Positions 40,116-53,065 of a DNA stretch of 64,000 bases are shown here, one piece after another (the stretch's first letter is position 1; every line of letters begins with the position of its first letter). A model generated the notes under the pieces. The model was not told the origin of the DNA, made no database searches, and saw only the letters and a program-made list of their open reading frames with translations. The DNA is from Octopus sinensis (taxonomy: Eukaryota). A program made the position numbers and the translations under genes. The stretch covers positions 7,316,001 through 7,380,000 of the forward strand of contig NC_043004.1 in NCBI RefSeq assembly GCF_006345805.1. The letters run 5' to 3'.

Positions 40116-40500
40116 GGCGGCGAGCTGGCAGAAACGTTAGCACGCCGGGCGAGATGCTTAGCGGTATTTCGTCTGTCTTTACGTTCTGAGTTCAAATTCC
40201 GCCGAGGTCGACTTTGCTTTTCATCCTTTCGGGGTCGATTAAATAAGTACCAGTTACGCACTGGGGTCAATATAATCGACTTAATCCGTTTTCTGTCCTT
40301 GTTTGTCCCCTCTGTGTTTAGCCCCTTGTGGGTAGTAAAGAAATAGGCATTTCGTCTGTCTTTACGTTCTGAATTCAAATTCCGCCGAGGTCGACTTTGC
40401 CTCTCATCCTTTCGGGGTCGATAAATTAAGTACCAGTTGCATACTGGGGTCGATATAATCGACTGGCTCTCTCCTCAAAAATTTCAGGCCTTGTGCCTAA
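40116..40500 (+). mobile_element. tRNA-derived SINE with internal tandem duplication of the body
   Basis: atttcgtctgtctttacgttctga.ttcaaattccgccgaggtcgactttgc..tcatcctttcggggtcgat occurs twice. Confidence 0.85.
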
Positions 40501-41334
40501 TGTAGAAAATAATATTTTCAACAACTCTAAATGATGATCATGATGATGACGACGACGACGATGATGATGTTAAAACAGTAAAATACGGTTGTTTATTAAA
40601 AACTAATTCTGGTCAACCGTAGTTTGGCCTTTTCCCTCCATATTAGGGTGAGTGTGTGTATGACTGACTGCCTGTCCATCTATCTCTGTCGGTCGGTAGC
40701 ATGGATGTATGTATAATATATTTCTCTATATGTGTGTATGCCTTTATAAGTGTACATGCGTATATACGTATGTATGTATGTATAAAGTATGTATGTATGT
40801 CTAACCTATATATTAGATGCATGTGTGTGTATGTGTTTACGCGTGTGTGTGTTTATATGTATAGTGTTTAGATGAATAGATGTGTGTAGGTATGCATGAG
40901 TTCGTGGTGTGTGTGTTTGTGTGTGTGTCTGTCAATGTATGTGTATGTGTGTGGGGGGAATCTTTTGACCGTGTAATGATGATAGCGTCTTCTGTAATTG
41001 TTATTCCCAATTGTTATTCGGTTTTATTGCGTCGACACCAGATTAAAATGACTCCGTTTATCACCAGATAACAAGAAATTAGAGAAACAAAAACGAGCAG
41101 TTTTATTGACAGTAACGAGAAAATTAAGCATGTGTGTGTGTGTGTGAGTATGTGTATGTGTATGTGTGCGTGTGCGCGCGCGCGTCTGTCTGTTTGTCTG
41201 TTCGTCTGACTGTCTGTCTGTTTGTTTCAAATGATTCGACTAATTTTAAAAGGCGTTCCATCGAATTACATTGGGAAGTGATCATGAATTGATGAATTCC
41301 ATATCTTTATGCAGATGCTGTTCCGTGTTTGTAT

Positions 41335-41810
41335 ATGTATGTGCGTACATACATGGGCATGGACACATTGAAACTCCGACGTCTGGCAGCTGACTTGGCA
41401 GACACCCATAAAATTATCAACCATCGTACAAACAATAACTCTGAGCACCTTTTCAAACTCCACCCATCTAACACCCGTGGACATATTTACAAAGTAAGAA
41501 AACAGCACAGCTCCCATGACTTCAGGAAACATTTTTTCACGCTGAGAGTTGCTGAAGCATGGAACAAACTGCCGGCATCAGTTGTTAGTTGTCGGAGCAC
41601 TGCATCCTTCAAAACTTCCATGCTTCCTGAGATTCGCCAACACTACACTTGATTTTCTCCCCTCCATACACACACAAGCATGTATCTGACTCATACATTG
41701 TTCGCTTTCCAGACATTTCTACATTCTGCATGTACTTTATATGCACTTTCTGACAAGTTGTGGTGCACCTGAGCACTGTATAAAATATTTTCATTATCAT
41801 TATTATTTTA
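41335..41810 (+). mobile_element. CR1-like LINE 3' fragment, same family as 25720-27690
   Basis: LKLRRLAADL..RKHFFTLRVAEAWNKLPASVV..PEIRQHYT, with the shared 3' motif gtgcacctgagcactgta and an (ATT)-like tail. Confidence 0.92.
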
Positions 41811-41825
41811 TCATACATACATACA

Positions 41826-41852
<27 letters not shown>

Positions 41853-41858
<6 letters not shown>

Positions 41859-42660
41859 CTAATGTAAGATAAAATTTTTTCGAAAAAAAATTTTATCAAA
41901 GGCCAGCATATTAAAAAATACCTTAAAGGTTAAATCATAAACAACTTATAAATAAGGGCAAACGAAAAAATTTCTAATGCCAAAAATGCCGAAAATTGGA
42001 CACATTGTCCATTTACCATATAATTTTTTTCTCGGTACGCATGCTACTCAAAAAAAGGTCGACAGAAATCTCTAAAAAATTCCATTATTACCATATCTGA
42101 CCGATTTCAGGGTTAGTTCAAAAAGAACCCTCCCTTTGTCAGTGATACATGTGGCAAAGAAGTAAATGAGATACTTACTCATACCCATGGAAGAAGCAAA
42201 CACTAAGTCATGAGCACAACTAAGTACCCCAAATAAATCCAAAATAGAAATACTCCAGCCCATTCAAGACACGGGCGATTTGAACTGAGGCACTCACAGA
42301 GTGGGAGAGTCCGGAAGTGAACACTATTAAATTTATATCTAATGTAGGATAAAATTTTTTCAAAAAAAAATTTTATCAATGGCCAGCATATTAAAAAATA
42401 CCTTTAAAGGTTAAATTAAAAACAACTTATAAATAAGGGCAAACGAAAAAATCTCTAATGCCAAATATGCCGAAAATTGGACATATTGTCCATTTACCAT
42501 ATAATTTTTTTCTCAGTACGCACGCTACTCGAAAAAAGGTCGACAGAAATCTCTAAAAAATTAAAGGTATTTTTTAATATGAAGTGAACACTTTTAAATT
42601 TATATCTAATGTAGGATAAAATTTTTTCGAAAAAAAATTTTATCAACGGCCAGCATATTA
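41853..42660. repeat. About 230-bp direct repeat: two full copies (about 41853, 42334) and one partial (about 42600)
   Basis: tatatctaatgta.gataaaattttt..ggccagcatatta..gccgaaaattggac..ggtcgacagaaatctctaaaaaatt is repeated. Confidence 0.85.
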
Positions 42661-43258
42661 GAATACATATATGAGGACCCATGTTGGTATCTAAGGAACC
42701 CATCCCCTCAAGTTTTTTATTCACTCCTGGAAGAATGCATTAATTATTTCAGCCGGTCTGTGTTTGTAGACATTTGAAAAGAATACTTTTAGCAAAAAAA
42801 TTAAATTAATTGATAGCATTGTAGTTGTGAGTGGACCCCTTAGTTTCTTGGCAAACAATATTTTAAAACCTAGTCCACCACTGCATACATACATACACAC
42901 ACACATACATACATATACATACATATGTATATACACACACACACACAAATGATGGTGTTTAGATCGCGTTTATCTCTGGATATTTACACTATTAAGGCAA
43001 TAGCCATACATGGATTTACAAGAGATTGGACCTAAGGACTTATGGACTAACATCTACACTATCAGACAGTTGAACTGTGAAGTTTTATACTTTTTTCTTC
43101 TTTTTCTTCTGTCCTTCATGTCATCGTTTCATTAATCTATACCCTTCAGATTTTCCCCATTTGTCTCTGATGGCGCAATATCCCATACTTTGGGATATCT
43201 CAGAAACAGCTGTAAGACTGAATTTTTCCAACAATCACAACGTATGTGACTTGAGATA

Positions 43259-43662
43259 CTCTTTTTACTCTTTTACTTGTTTCAGGCATTTGACTGCGGC
43301 CATGCTGGAGCACCGCCTTTAGTCAAGCAAATCGACCCCGGGACTTATTCTTTGTAAGCCCAGTACTTATTCTATCGGTCTCTTTTGTCGAACCGCTAAG
43401 TTACGGGGACGTAAACACACCAGCATCGGTTGTCAAGCAATGCTAGGAGGACAAACACAGGACACACAAACACATACACATATATATATATATATATACG
43501 ACAGGCTTCTTTCAGTTTCTGTCTACCAAATCCACTCACAAGGCATTGGTTGGCCCGGGGTTATAGCAGAAGACACTTGCCCAAGATGCCACGCAGTGGG
43601 ACTGAACCCGGAACCATGTGGTTGGTTAGCAAGCTACTTACCACACAGCCACTCCTGCGCCT
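43259..43662 (-). mobile_element. Full-length tRNA-derived SINE with CORE-like segment and (GAGTAAAA)n tail
   Basis: Head aggcgcaggagtggctgtgtggtaag..gggttcagtccc, then cttgggcaagtgtctt. The tail matches the fragment at about 6800-6905. Confidence 0.88.
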
Positions 43663-43958
43663 ATGTTTGTCTTGTCTCAACGTTTATTGTCCTCTTTGAC
43701 AATTTATATATATATATATATATACAAATTGAGATAGGGGTTGTAAATGCAACCCTCCATGGGATAACATATATCCAATATACTGCTAGTGAAGTACCCA
43801 ACAAAGTTAATACATAAATGTTAAGAATTGCGATGCAATTAATTCATTTACTGTATTATATGGACAAAGGTAAAATGTTTTACCACAAATTCATAATACA
43901 AAATAAGAAAATGGAGAATTTGATTTGGATGTATTTCTCCATTTTCTTATTTTGTGTG

Positions 43959-44016
<58 letters not shown>

Positions 44017-44122
44017 TTTCCAAATCAATCAGGTACAACCCTTCAGCATTACATGCATCTGCATGTCGTAACTTGGGGTCTTATTTATCATATCTTATAA
44101 AAGTATCTAATAAAAGTCAATA

Positions 44123-44434
44123 ATAATTCAGTTTTTGGGGGGTATTATTAGATATGTGGGTATTCTATTTCAGATAATACAAAAAAAAGAAACCTAATGG
44201 GTATATCTGAAGGTAAACTCGTGGTATGCATTTGCACATCATGAAATAATGCTTTGAAGGATATAACCAGTATACCAGCTGGGTATAAAATATGCTTCCT
44301 TAATTATCTCCTACTTAAGTTAACACTTAAATTTATTAATTATGATGGAACTACACATGTTTCAGCATTGGAAGATTACAATATATATACATATACACAA
44401 ATGTATACACGCACACACACACACACACACACAC

Positions 44435-44500
<66 letters not shown>

Positions 44501-44896
44501 ATTATCTGATTTACAATTATTCCAACACATCTTCAGGTTCTTTTTCAAAATATTGTTAATTTGATTTTACATCCCTTTTAAAAAATAGGCGTTAAATTAA
44601 GCAATAAATTAAAAATTAAAAATTAAAATTATACTATGTAATATTAAGAATTAAAACTTATAAATTACACATTATAAAAATGAATTAGTAAATATATCAA
44701 CCTTATAAAGTCCAGTATATAATGTCAAATACAAAATATAAAATATAAAATTATACATCAGAATAATTTTAATTTTTAATTTTTAATGTAAAATTTATTG
44801 CTTAATTTAACAATTATTTTTTAATAAAATTCAATTAACAATACTTTGAAAAAGAACCTGAGGATGTGTTGGAATAATTGTAAATCTGATAATTGC

Positions 44897-44934
<38 letters not shown>

Positions 44935-45222
44935 GTATACATGTGTGTGTATGTATATATAATATATATATATATATATATATTGTAATCTTCCAATACT
45001 GAAACACAAGTAGTTCCGTCATAATTGATAATTTTAATTTTAATTAAGAAAGTATATTTTATACCCTCCTGGTATACTGGTTATGTCCTTTAAAGTATTA
45101 TTTCGTTATGTGCAAATAGATACCATGAGTTTACCTTCAGATATACTCATTAGGTTTCTTTTTTTTTTTTTTTTCGTATTATCTGAAATAGAATACCCGC
45201 ATATAATCCCAAAAAACTGAAT

Positions 45223-45225
<3 letters not shown>
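44123..45225. repeat. About 1.1-kb imperfect palindrome (arms about 500 bp)
   Basis: ataattcagtttttggg..gggtattctatttcagataatac..tccaacacatcttcaggttctttttcaaa is mirrored by tttgaaaaagaacctgaggatgtgttgga..gtattatctgaaatagaataccc..aaaaaactgaattat. Confidence 0.9.
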
Positions 45226-45261
<36 letters not shown>

Positions 45262-45459
45262 TACACACATATTTGAATATATATATTTATATATATACAT
45301 ACATAATGGCTGCCTCCTCGCTATCGAGTATGGCCATTGCAGAAAGCTTCACTGTTATTGGTACTGTAATCGAATGTGACTTTTTAGCCCAGCTAAAGAT
45401 CTACAATGTCTTGTACAGAATTGGCAACTAAGACCTTTACCGGTAATAGCCGGCTGTAG

Positions 45460-45830
45460 TTATAACTGGGCTTCATGTACCTTTGCATGTCGTTTAAGTC
45501 CTCCTGCCGAATTACACTCTCTTCCACATGTCCGACAGATATGATTAGTATGGTGTGTTACACCACCACCAGTGGCCAGGTTGTCACTCATCTGTCTCGC
45601 TTTATGACTACGAAGATGACTCTTGATTCCAGCTTTACTGAGGCAGGGTCTTGCACAGACATTGCATGTCAGCATTATAGGAAGACCCTTCCCATTTGGA
45701 AGTGTAACAGTGATGCCCTTCCTGACAGCCCTCCTCACTTTCTCATGCGCAACTCGAGATTTCTCAAAAGTAGCTGTCCCCTCAAGCACAATCCTTCTCC
45801 ACATATACATATGTGCATATACACATATAT
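45460..45830 (-). mobile_element. RTE-like LINE extreme 3' end with two C2H2-type motifs
   Basis: WRRIVLEGTATFEKSRVAHEKVRRAVRK, then CNVCARPCLSKAGIKSHLRSH and CRTCGRECNSAGGLKRHAKVH-stop. Confidence 0.75.
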
Positions 45831-46028
45831 GAATATATATAATATACACTCACACACACATACATACTTACATACACACATATTTGAATATATATGACCA
45901 TAAACAATTCTCGCCCCTCGGCATTGGGGAACTTCTCGCCCGCAGTTTCCTACACTATACACGTGTGTAAGGGTATGAGTACGTGTATGACTAAGCGCAT
46001 ATGCAAACGTATAGTTGGGGTGCGCGTG

Positions 46029-46074
<46 letters not shown>

Positions 46075-47366
46075 TGTGTTTGCGTGCGTGTGTGTGTGTG
46101 TGTTTGCACGCACACACGCACGCACACACACACCACATACACACACACAAACACACACTGAATATTGTAAAGGACAGAGTTCGTACCAACCAAGTTGTAG
46201 GGGGAAAAACTCCGGTTGTCTCCCTTACATCATTTTTACGTAATTAGTTTGGAATTTTAATTTATATTTGACTTCAATTTTCTAATAAATTTTGACAAAC
46301 ACCGACTTCATGTAAATACAAGCAATTGCTTGTGCACGTTGGGGTTTTTTTCTTTTGTTTTAAAAAATAGTTCTTCATAATTTAGAACTGGTATTCATGT
46401 CACGAGGTGTCTTAATCTTCAAAAATATATATGAAAACTAAAAGGAAGTCCTCTGCATATTACTATCTCGAGTTCGAGGAGTCATATGGCCGATTACTTG
46501 GTTTCCGTCGCAGGAATACTCCTTTACAGCTGCGTAGACTTGAGTGGCCTGAAATGAAGAGTCTTGTTCAAGGACATAACGCACCGGCTTGTCCGGGAAT
46601 CGAAACCACGATCTTGTACTTGTGAACGCGCTTTTACTCAAGAAGGCATCCATTGGGATTTTTCTGGGTAGCTATAAAGAAAAGTTTGGAGGAAGAAGTT
46701 CGAGACACGATCCTTAAGGTGCCAGATTCCATACTGCTACGCAGCACATTGGGCGAAGGTCTTGGACCGCAGATTGAGGACGGCTGAAGAATTTTTGAAG
46801 TGAATCAACAGGAACCATCCAAGTGGAAGTTCTTCGGGTGAATATCGCCTGCTATCGAAAGCAATAAGAACTGAATACAAGCATTAGTAATTATAGTAAT
46901 TAATTAATTAAGAGTAACGAAGAAAATATCAGGCTATAATAATCGTTTTACCTTCAATAACTTTACAACATACCGTAACAATGATTGCAGACATCATTCT
47001 GTTAGTCATACTCATACTTGTTGACTGAATCTCCAGAGGGAAAAGTGAATAAGGATACGCGAACAAAATGGAGTCAGACGCGGCAGCCTAGAAACGGGTT
47101 TTACTGGAATATCCATTGGTTCATCTGGGATTTTGCTCACTTTGGATTATCCAAGTTTTGGTTTAAAATTATGAATGTATATGCTATGAATAGCTTTTAT
47201 AAATTTTGATCTGCTTTTATTCTTTGACTTCTAACCTATTGTAGAATCCAATCCTCATCTGGGAAATGTGGTGACGACGTCGTTGATGTTTTGTTGAGGC
47301 GAGGCCCAGTTCAAGGATTTATGAACTTGCAACATCGAAGTTTACAGTACATTCGATGGTCTGGTA

Positions 47367-47408
<42 letters not shown>

Positions 47409-47554
47409 GCACGCGCGCGCGCGCACATACACATTTCCGATTTATTTTTCAGCGGGTTCCTACGGCGGAGATTCTGAATATGCAAGAAACTACGTTTTCA
47501 AAATTTTGAATTCAATAAGCAAATAGTTATGTGTATAAAGAGATAGATAGATAT

Positions 47555-47860
47555 GTTTCTGTATTAGCCACACAGGGCTGCACACAGACAGGACAAATTA
47601 CAAGGTAGAGCTTTTCTTTTGGGGGTAAAAAAAAAGACGGTTTGGTTTTCGATCAAAAGGGATCGTAAAAGGAAAGAAAGAGGACAAAAAAGGGGGAGAT
47701 AAAATTAAAACAAAAAAAAGGGGGGGGGGAAATTGATCAATAGGGATCGTTATCACAGAAATGTCAATATGAAGTGTAAAGGGGAGGAGAGGTGAGGTTT
47801 ACCCGTGGAAAGAAAAGCCTACGGAAAAGACCACGGTAACCTCGGTCAATGAAGTCACAT
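47555..47860 (-). mobile_element. L1/Tx1-like 3' UTR only (stacked copy)
   Basis: gccacacagggctg..gatcaaaagggatcgt..aaaagaccacggtaacctcggtcaat, duplicated from 47985-48260. Confidence 0.85.
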
Positions 47861-47863
47861 GTT

Positions 47864-47913
<50 letters not shown>

Positions 47914-47984
47914 CATGGATGGACGGACGGGCGGACGGACGGACGGACGGAAGGACGGACGGATGGACGGACGGACGGATGTGT

Positions 47985-48970
47985 TTCTTTATTAACCACA
48001 CAGGGCTGAATACAGAGGGGACAAATTACAAAGTAGGGATTTTCTTTTTGGGGGGAAAAAGAATGAAAAGAAAAAAGGAAAAGAAAAAGAAAAGGGGGAT
48101 AGGTTTTCGATCAAAAGGGATCGTAAAAAGAGAAAAAAAAACGATCAATAGGGATCGTGTATCACAGAAATGTCATGATGTAAAGTGTAAAGGGGGAAGC
48201 AGATAAGGTTTATCCGTGGAAAGAAAAGCCTATGGAAAAGACCACGGTAACCTCGGTCAATAATATCACATGTTAACATATTTATTTGCAAGTAAGTAAC
48301 TCTCTGCTTTAAATTTTTCCGGGTGAATAGGATTATGCTCAAGGTGGCTTCGTCATTCATACGTGCCATCCTTGCTACATTCACCCATCTTTTTTTTTTT
48401 TAATTCGCTAGACAAAATTTGCCTCTCTACTCTCACTTTCCTTTTCAAGTGATACTTGAAGAAGTTGATGAAAGATTGACCAGAGAAAGAAGTGTTTGTC
48501 TCTAATCCTTTCAGACGCGTCCACCAGATACATTCTTTCGCCATAGCCACAAGGATGATAAAAATAGCTCCTCCTTCCCGTTTGAAGGAAGGAGGCGTGA
48601 CGATATTGACGATAGACTCGGTTGATAAACCGACTCGTCCCACACGTGACAGCAGTCGTTCGACATAAACCCACAGGTCGGAAATGGTTGGACACTGCAC
48701 GAGTGCGTGCAGAACGGTTTCGTCGCTCTGACCGCATCTCGGGCAGGTCGGCCCCATGTTTCTCTAGCCGTGTCTGTAGAGCTTATCCCGAACGGGTAGC
48801 GCTTCTCGGTAGCACTGCCAGGCCAGGGATCTCTGGAAGTTGTCCATAGGTCCAGGCCCGAAAGTCGTCTTGAACAGGCGGGTCAGGTATTCCTCGTCAA
48901 CGCCCAGGTTCGCCCCGAGATCCTCGTCGTACCTCCCCTCCACTAATCCCCTATAGAATGCTTTGGCTGT
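47985..48970 (-). mobile_element. L1/Tx1-like LINE 3' fragment with zf-RVT-type C-terminus and 3' UTR
   Basis: GPTCPRCGQSDETVLHALVQCPTISDLW..AKECIWWTR, and an AATAAA near the 3' end on the minus strand. Confidence 0.88.
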
Positions 48971-49445
48971 GTTGAAGTTTTACTTCAAATTTTTTTTTTT
49001 TAAACTACCATTCGATATGTTATACAGAATTCAAATTTTATATCTCTGAAGAGCAGAAGCGTTGTCTATAAATGCTTATCAATATAGGATTTCGTCATAG
49101 GGACAACTCTTCTGTGAAACGATCGTAAGATGCTTTAAATAATTAATTCTAACTTTTAAACTGTCATATACATCATATATTTATACTTATACATATTTAC
49201 ATATATTTTTATACATATTTATATTTATTTATTTATATATTTTTAATACAACAATCATTTTTCACGCGTGTATATCTTTCTGAGGAGTTTTGATATTGAT
49301 TTCCTAATATTAATAATAATATATTATTAATAAAAATATATAAATACTTTAATAGTATTAATACTTTGATACAATAGAGCACTCAATATAAATTCAGTAT
49401 ATAATATTCTCATTGAATATATTTAACTAAAGATTATATATATAT

Positions 49446-49488
<43 letters not shown>

Positions 49489-49489
49489 C

Positions 49490-49542
<53 letters not shown>

Positions 49543-52187
49543 CGGCGTACGTACACTTTGTTCTCTTATATGTAAGTACACATTTTACAAAATCGTGTAC
49601 GATTCTAACTGTCTTAATTCTTTATCTGTTTCCTCACCTACTGTTGTTTTTCTGTTATTTGATGCCTTCCGGTGGTTGAGTCAGGAATTTAGCTCCAATT
49701 TCTAAACAAGTCGATGCTTTCTCCGCATCCTCAGGCCTTGTGATAACTTTAAATTTCATAAATATATATACATACATACATACATACATACATACATGCA
49801 TGGATGCATGCATGCATGCATACATACATACATACATACATACATACATACATACATACATACATACATACATACATACATACATACATACATACATTCG
49901 ATTAATATATCTGAATATGGCATATAACTTGTCAGAATGTTACCATCGGTTTCGCGCCGACTATTGCACTTGGCAATACTGTCGACTCTTCAGAGAGAGT
50001 GACTGGCGATATATATGGTTCTGGTTGGCTCTGTGATAGGAAAAAGAACTACAATGAGACGTAGTAAAAGTTGTTATAACATTTGCCAGGAGCGAAAGAA
50101 GAGTTGCTTACAATGGATCGATATCAGCCACAGTTGAAGCGTATCCGCGGCGTGTGTTTATTTGTGCATTGCTATTTAGTCCGATAACGGGAACGACCAC
50201 TTTGTCAAAATGAAATTCCCTTCATGATGGCAGTAATGAAATATCTCGTTTTTTGAGCTCATAAAAGCACCTGGTTCGTGTGCATTTTTTAAATTCTTCT
50301 CCTCGCCGCCAAGCAGATATGGTCCAGCAGTTTCCAGTTGATTCCGCTCCTAATCTAATATAGTAGGTAAACGTTATTTTTGGCGGGTTAATCCACCATA
50401 TACAGTCAAGGGAGAGTAATTATTAGTTATTTTGTTTCCTTATCTTCTAGTGAATAAACACGAATAATTGAAAATAAAAGTTAAATTATTTAAAATAAAA
50501 TAAATAAGGAAACTAAAACACACTATAAGAAAAAGTGACCAGTTTTAAATTCGGCAAACTTCGTAGTTGTTCGCCGATTTGTTTTAATTTGGACACTTGA
50601 ATCTCTCTATAGTTATGTATTGATTTATCCCAAATTATATTTTTCATTTAATACAATGTTGAAAAAAAAAACTCAATGAAAAGGCAATTTCTTAATGGAA
50701 AATCAGAAACATTTTGAGCAGAATATATCGTAGAAGATTTACGAAGAAGAATTTTAAGTGGATTAAATAAACGAAGTTGAATAATTAAATGTATTTTATT
50801 CATCATTGTTTTGTTGTTGTTTTTTATATATTTACTTCACTGAATTGTCTGGTAAACCAAAAAGGAAACATTTTCTATTCATGGAAGAAAGTAGAACCGT
50901 TTATGAGAATTTTAAGTGGATTAATATAGATCAAACATATCCTGCTTTGGAATCGTATTTAATTGTATCTGTAAAATACAATTCCGTCGTTTATTTTGCT
51001 TTTTCCTTGTTTGTTTTTACATTTCAAAAGTATTATCGTATCTTAATGGAGTTTTATCTCTTTGAAGCAGACAGCAGACATTATAGATTGTTGCGTCTTA
51101 CGTGACGATCAGGAAAGAACAGAAGTTGAATTATTAATTATATTGATTTGCATAGTTATTCATCGCTTTTCTTAATTTTTATTTTACTGAAATGAAAAAT
51201 AAAGTCAAGGTTACAAAACAAAAGAAAATCAAATCCAACAAAAACTCAACAAGAGAGACGTAGACATTAAGAATTAATATTTTACATTATTTGCTTTGCT
51301 TTGCTTCCTCATATATGTTAGAAAGAAACGACATCGAACCTGTACAATATACAAGATGGTTGCAACGCGATTTCGTGCAATGCCACTCTTTTCGGTTGCT
51401 GTCACAGGTTTCGTATTTTTTTCCATTTTGTTCCAATTGTTTTCAAATTTGTTTACAATTGATTTAGTTCGATTTGCTAATTATGAAAATGAAATTCATT
51501 TCTGGCATAGATTAATAAAAAGTTAATAGCTTTTAAAGTTTGCAAATTTGTGATAATTTCAACCAATCGAAAGCCACTTCTATACACACGCCCTTACATT
51601 GGGGTCTATTTCCTTAAAAACAAACAAAACTGTAGTCTGCCTATTTTCATTGTGACAAGAGCGCGTAACTGACACTTTCACTACTGCACCTACTTCCACA
51701 AGTTGTGACGAGCGATATCATTGTGTGCCTGTGTTATTTCTGTATGTCAATTTGTGAGTCAAGCAGAAAATGCGCGGCTTCCATTTCCTGCTTTCTCTGT
51801 AACATTTTTCTAAATATTTCTGAAAATAAATTAATTCTAAATTCGGATTCAACATGGTATAAGACATCAATACATTTTAAAATTTCCAAATCTGTAACAA
51901 CGATCGAAAATATTTGACGTGAACAACGCAGATGTGGTTTTCCAGTTCTGCTAAGAACTTGCACCCTTTTGCTTAGAAGTCAATGTGCATTCCAAAAGTG
52001 ACCATCCAGTCTTTTATAAAGAGTTGATTCTTCTCTTTCTCTTTCTTTCTTCTGGAAAAGATCAGCTGTTGTCAAAATTAGAGAGCGATGGCCACCGCCA
52101 GATCTAAAAGTGCCAAAGACACATCCAACGTATGTCACGACGGCGCTTTTACAACTCCAGTGAAGAGCTGAGGGCCCAATATGTGTG

Positions 52188-52238
<51 letters not shown>

Positions 52239-52804
52239 ATGTATGTATACATGAGTATATTGTATGTGTGTGTGTACGTGCGTAAACACACACACATATA
52301 AACAAACACATTTCTAACATAAATGCAAGTATACACACACGCACGCACACACACATACATACATAGACATCCACACGTACATACATACACATACATACAC
52401 ACACACATGCATACATACACACTCATACACGCATATACTCACACACATACATACAAACAAACACATACTTGCATGCATATGTATATATACACACACATAC
52501 GTACATACATACATACAGTTGATTCTCTGGTGACAAACGAGTTGCTGAAACCATGGTAACAGATGCTTTTCTATTAATTTTGGAACGAATAGAATCATTT
52601 GTGATTCTATTTTCATTTTTTTTTTTCCTCTAAAAATATTCCTCCATGTCAAAAACAAATCCTTCACTGAAGAACTTAACAGTAGAAATAAACAAAGAAC
52701 TTGTTTGCAAGAGAAAATGGTATCAACTTAAGTGATCTTTGTACGTGGATATAGATTTTACCATTTTCAAAAGAAATGCGGATTAAATAATATTTGTGCC
52801 TCAC

Positions 52805-53065
52805 ATATCGATGAGGTGGAGAAATCTGTTTGGTGGAGATCAAAGAAAAACTATTGACCGGTGATTCTTTAATGGAAGCATTTATTTGAGAAATAGCCGA
52901 GTCTTTATATCAGTAGCAAGATAGAGATGATTCTAATGCCAGCACTGATAACGAGACAAAACCAGTAGAATTTAAATCAAGCAAGAGCTGGTTCGAATCT
53001 TTCAGGGAAACACTCCAGGGTATTCATAACGTTATGGGGAATGTGAAGCTATTAGCTCAGACTGT
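52805..53065 (+). mobile_element. Tigger/pogo CENP-B-type HTH fragment (degenerate)
   Basis: KEKLLTGDSLMEAFI..VEFKSSKSWFESF..GIHNV resembles the Tigger HTH region. Confidence 0.6.

Noticed and set aside
45460-45849. Host C2H2 zinc-finger gene
   Set aside because: The upstream residues match an RTE ORF C-terminus, there is no TGEKP-type linker, and the ORF start lies in microsatellite.
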